64,000 nt of DNA, taken from the NCBI GenBank assembly GCA_030390025.1, contig CM059432.1, positions 50,532,001-50,596,000 of the forward strand, given 5' to 3'. Of this stretch, positions 63,293 to 64,000 are shown piece after piece. The stretch is from Squalus acanthias (Eukaryota). Position 1 is the stretch's first letter. Every line of letters begins with the position of its first letter. Both the position numbers and the translations under genes were made by a program. Below the pieces are notes generated by a model. That model did no database searches. It was given only the letters and a program-made list of their open reading frames with translations, and was not told where the DNA came from.

Positions 63293-64000
63293 AGGTGGCA
63301 GATGGATTATAATGTAGGGAAATGTGAGGTTATTCACTTTGGTAGGAAGAATAGAAAAACAGAATATTTTGTAAATGGTGAGCAACTTTCAAATGTTGGT
63401 ATTCAGAGAGATTTGGGTGTCCTCGTGCAAGAAACACAGAAAGCTAGCATGCAGGTACAGCAAGCAATAAGGAAGGCAAATGGCATGTTGGCCTTTATTG
63501 CAAGGGGGTTGGATTATAAGAGTAAGGAAGTCTTGCTACAATTGTACAGGGCCTTGGTGAGACCACACCTGGAGTACTGTGCACAGTTTTGGTCTCCTTA
63601 TCTAAGGAAGGATATACTTGCCTTGGAGGCGGTGCAACGAAGGTTCACTAAATTGATTCCTCAGATGAGAGGGCTGTCCTATGATGAGAGATTGAGTAGA
63701 CTGAGCCTATACTCTCTGGAGTTTAGAAGAATGAGAGGTGATCTCATTGAAACATACAAGATTCTGAAGGGGATTGACAGGGTAGATGCTGAGAGGTTGT
63801 TTCCCTGGCTGGAGAGTCTAGAACTAGGGGGCATAGTCTCAGGATAAGGCATAGGCCATTTAAGACTGAGATGAGGAGAAATTTCTTCACTCAGGTTGTG
63901 AATCTTTGGAATTCTCTGCCCCAGAGGGCTGTGAATGCTGAGTCTTTGAGTATATTCAAGGCTGAGATAGATAGATTTTTGGACTCTAGGGGAATCAAGG
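63293..64000 (+). mobile_element. CR1 3' fragment (runs off window)
   Basis: ORF 63302-63847. Confidence 0.92.

Noticed and set aside
1..64000. Prokaryotic-type systems (CRISPR, retrons, DGRs, defence operons) suggested by the many RT ORFs
   Set aside because: All RT fragments are eukaryotic CR1/L2/Penelope types lying in or around a spliced vertebrate gene; no repeat-spacer array was seen.

Overview
This is vertebrate genomic DNA, not prokaryotic, and most likely from a cartilaginous fish (shark), judging by the SacSINE1-like and HE1-like SINEs and the dense CR1/L2/Penelope content. One host gene is present: sorting nexin 16 (SNX16, + strand). It has a CpG-island promoter with a putative non-coding exon 1 (~14.6-14.7 kb) and six coding exons with canonical AG/GT boundaries (17745-18125, 32207-32293, 41724-41872, 44368-44437, 53031-53167, 62215-62331). 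These splice in frame to 313 codons plus 2 nt, covering the PX domain and coiled coil; the last exon lies beyond the window. Most remaining sequence is decayed or nested mobile DNA: CR1 and other Jockey-group LINEs, a Penelope RT/GIY-YIG element, PIF/Harbinger derivatives, hAT MITEs and SINEs. The most unusual signal is a family of short insertions carrying a minimal hammerhead-ribozyme motif. One is a 386-bp near-perfect palindrome (33629-34014) with a hammerhead in each arm, and another has an intact sense-strand hammerhead ~270 nt upstream of a SNX16 exon. I found no convincing new multi-gene system. Repeat boundaries are approximate unless a TSD or TIR is given.
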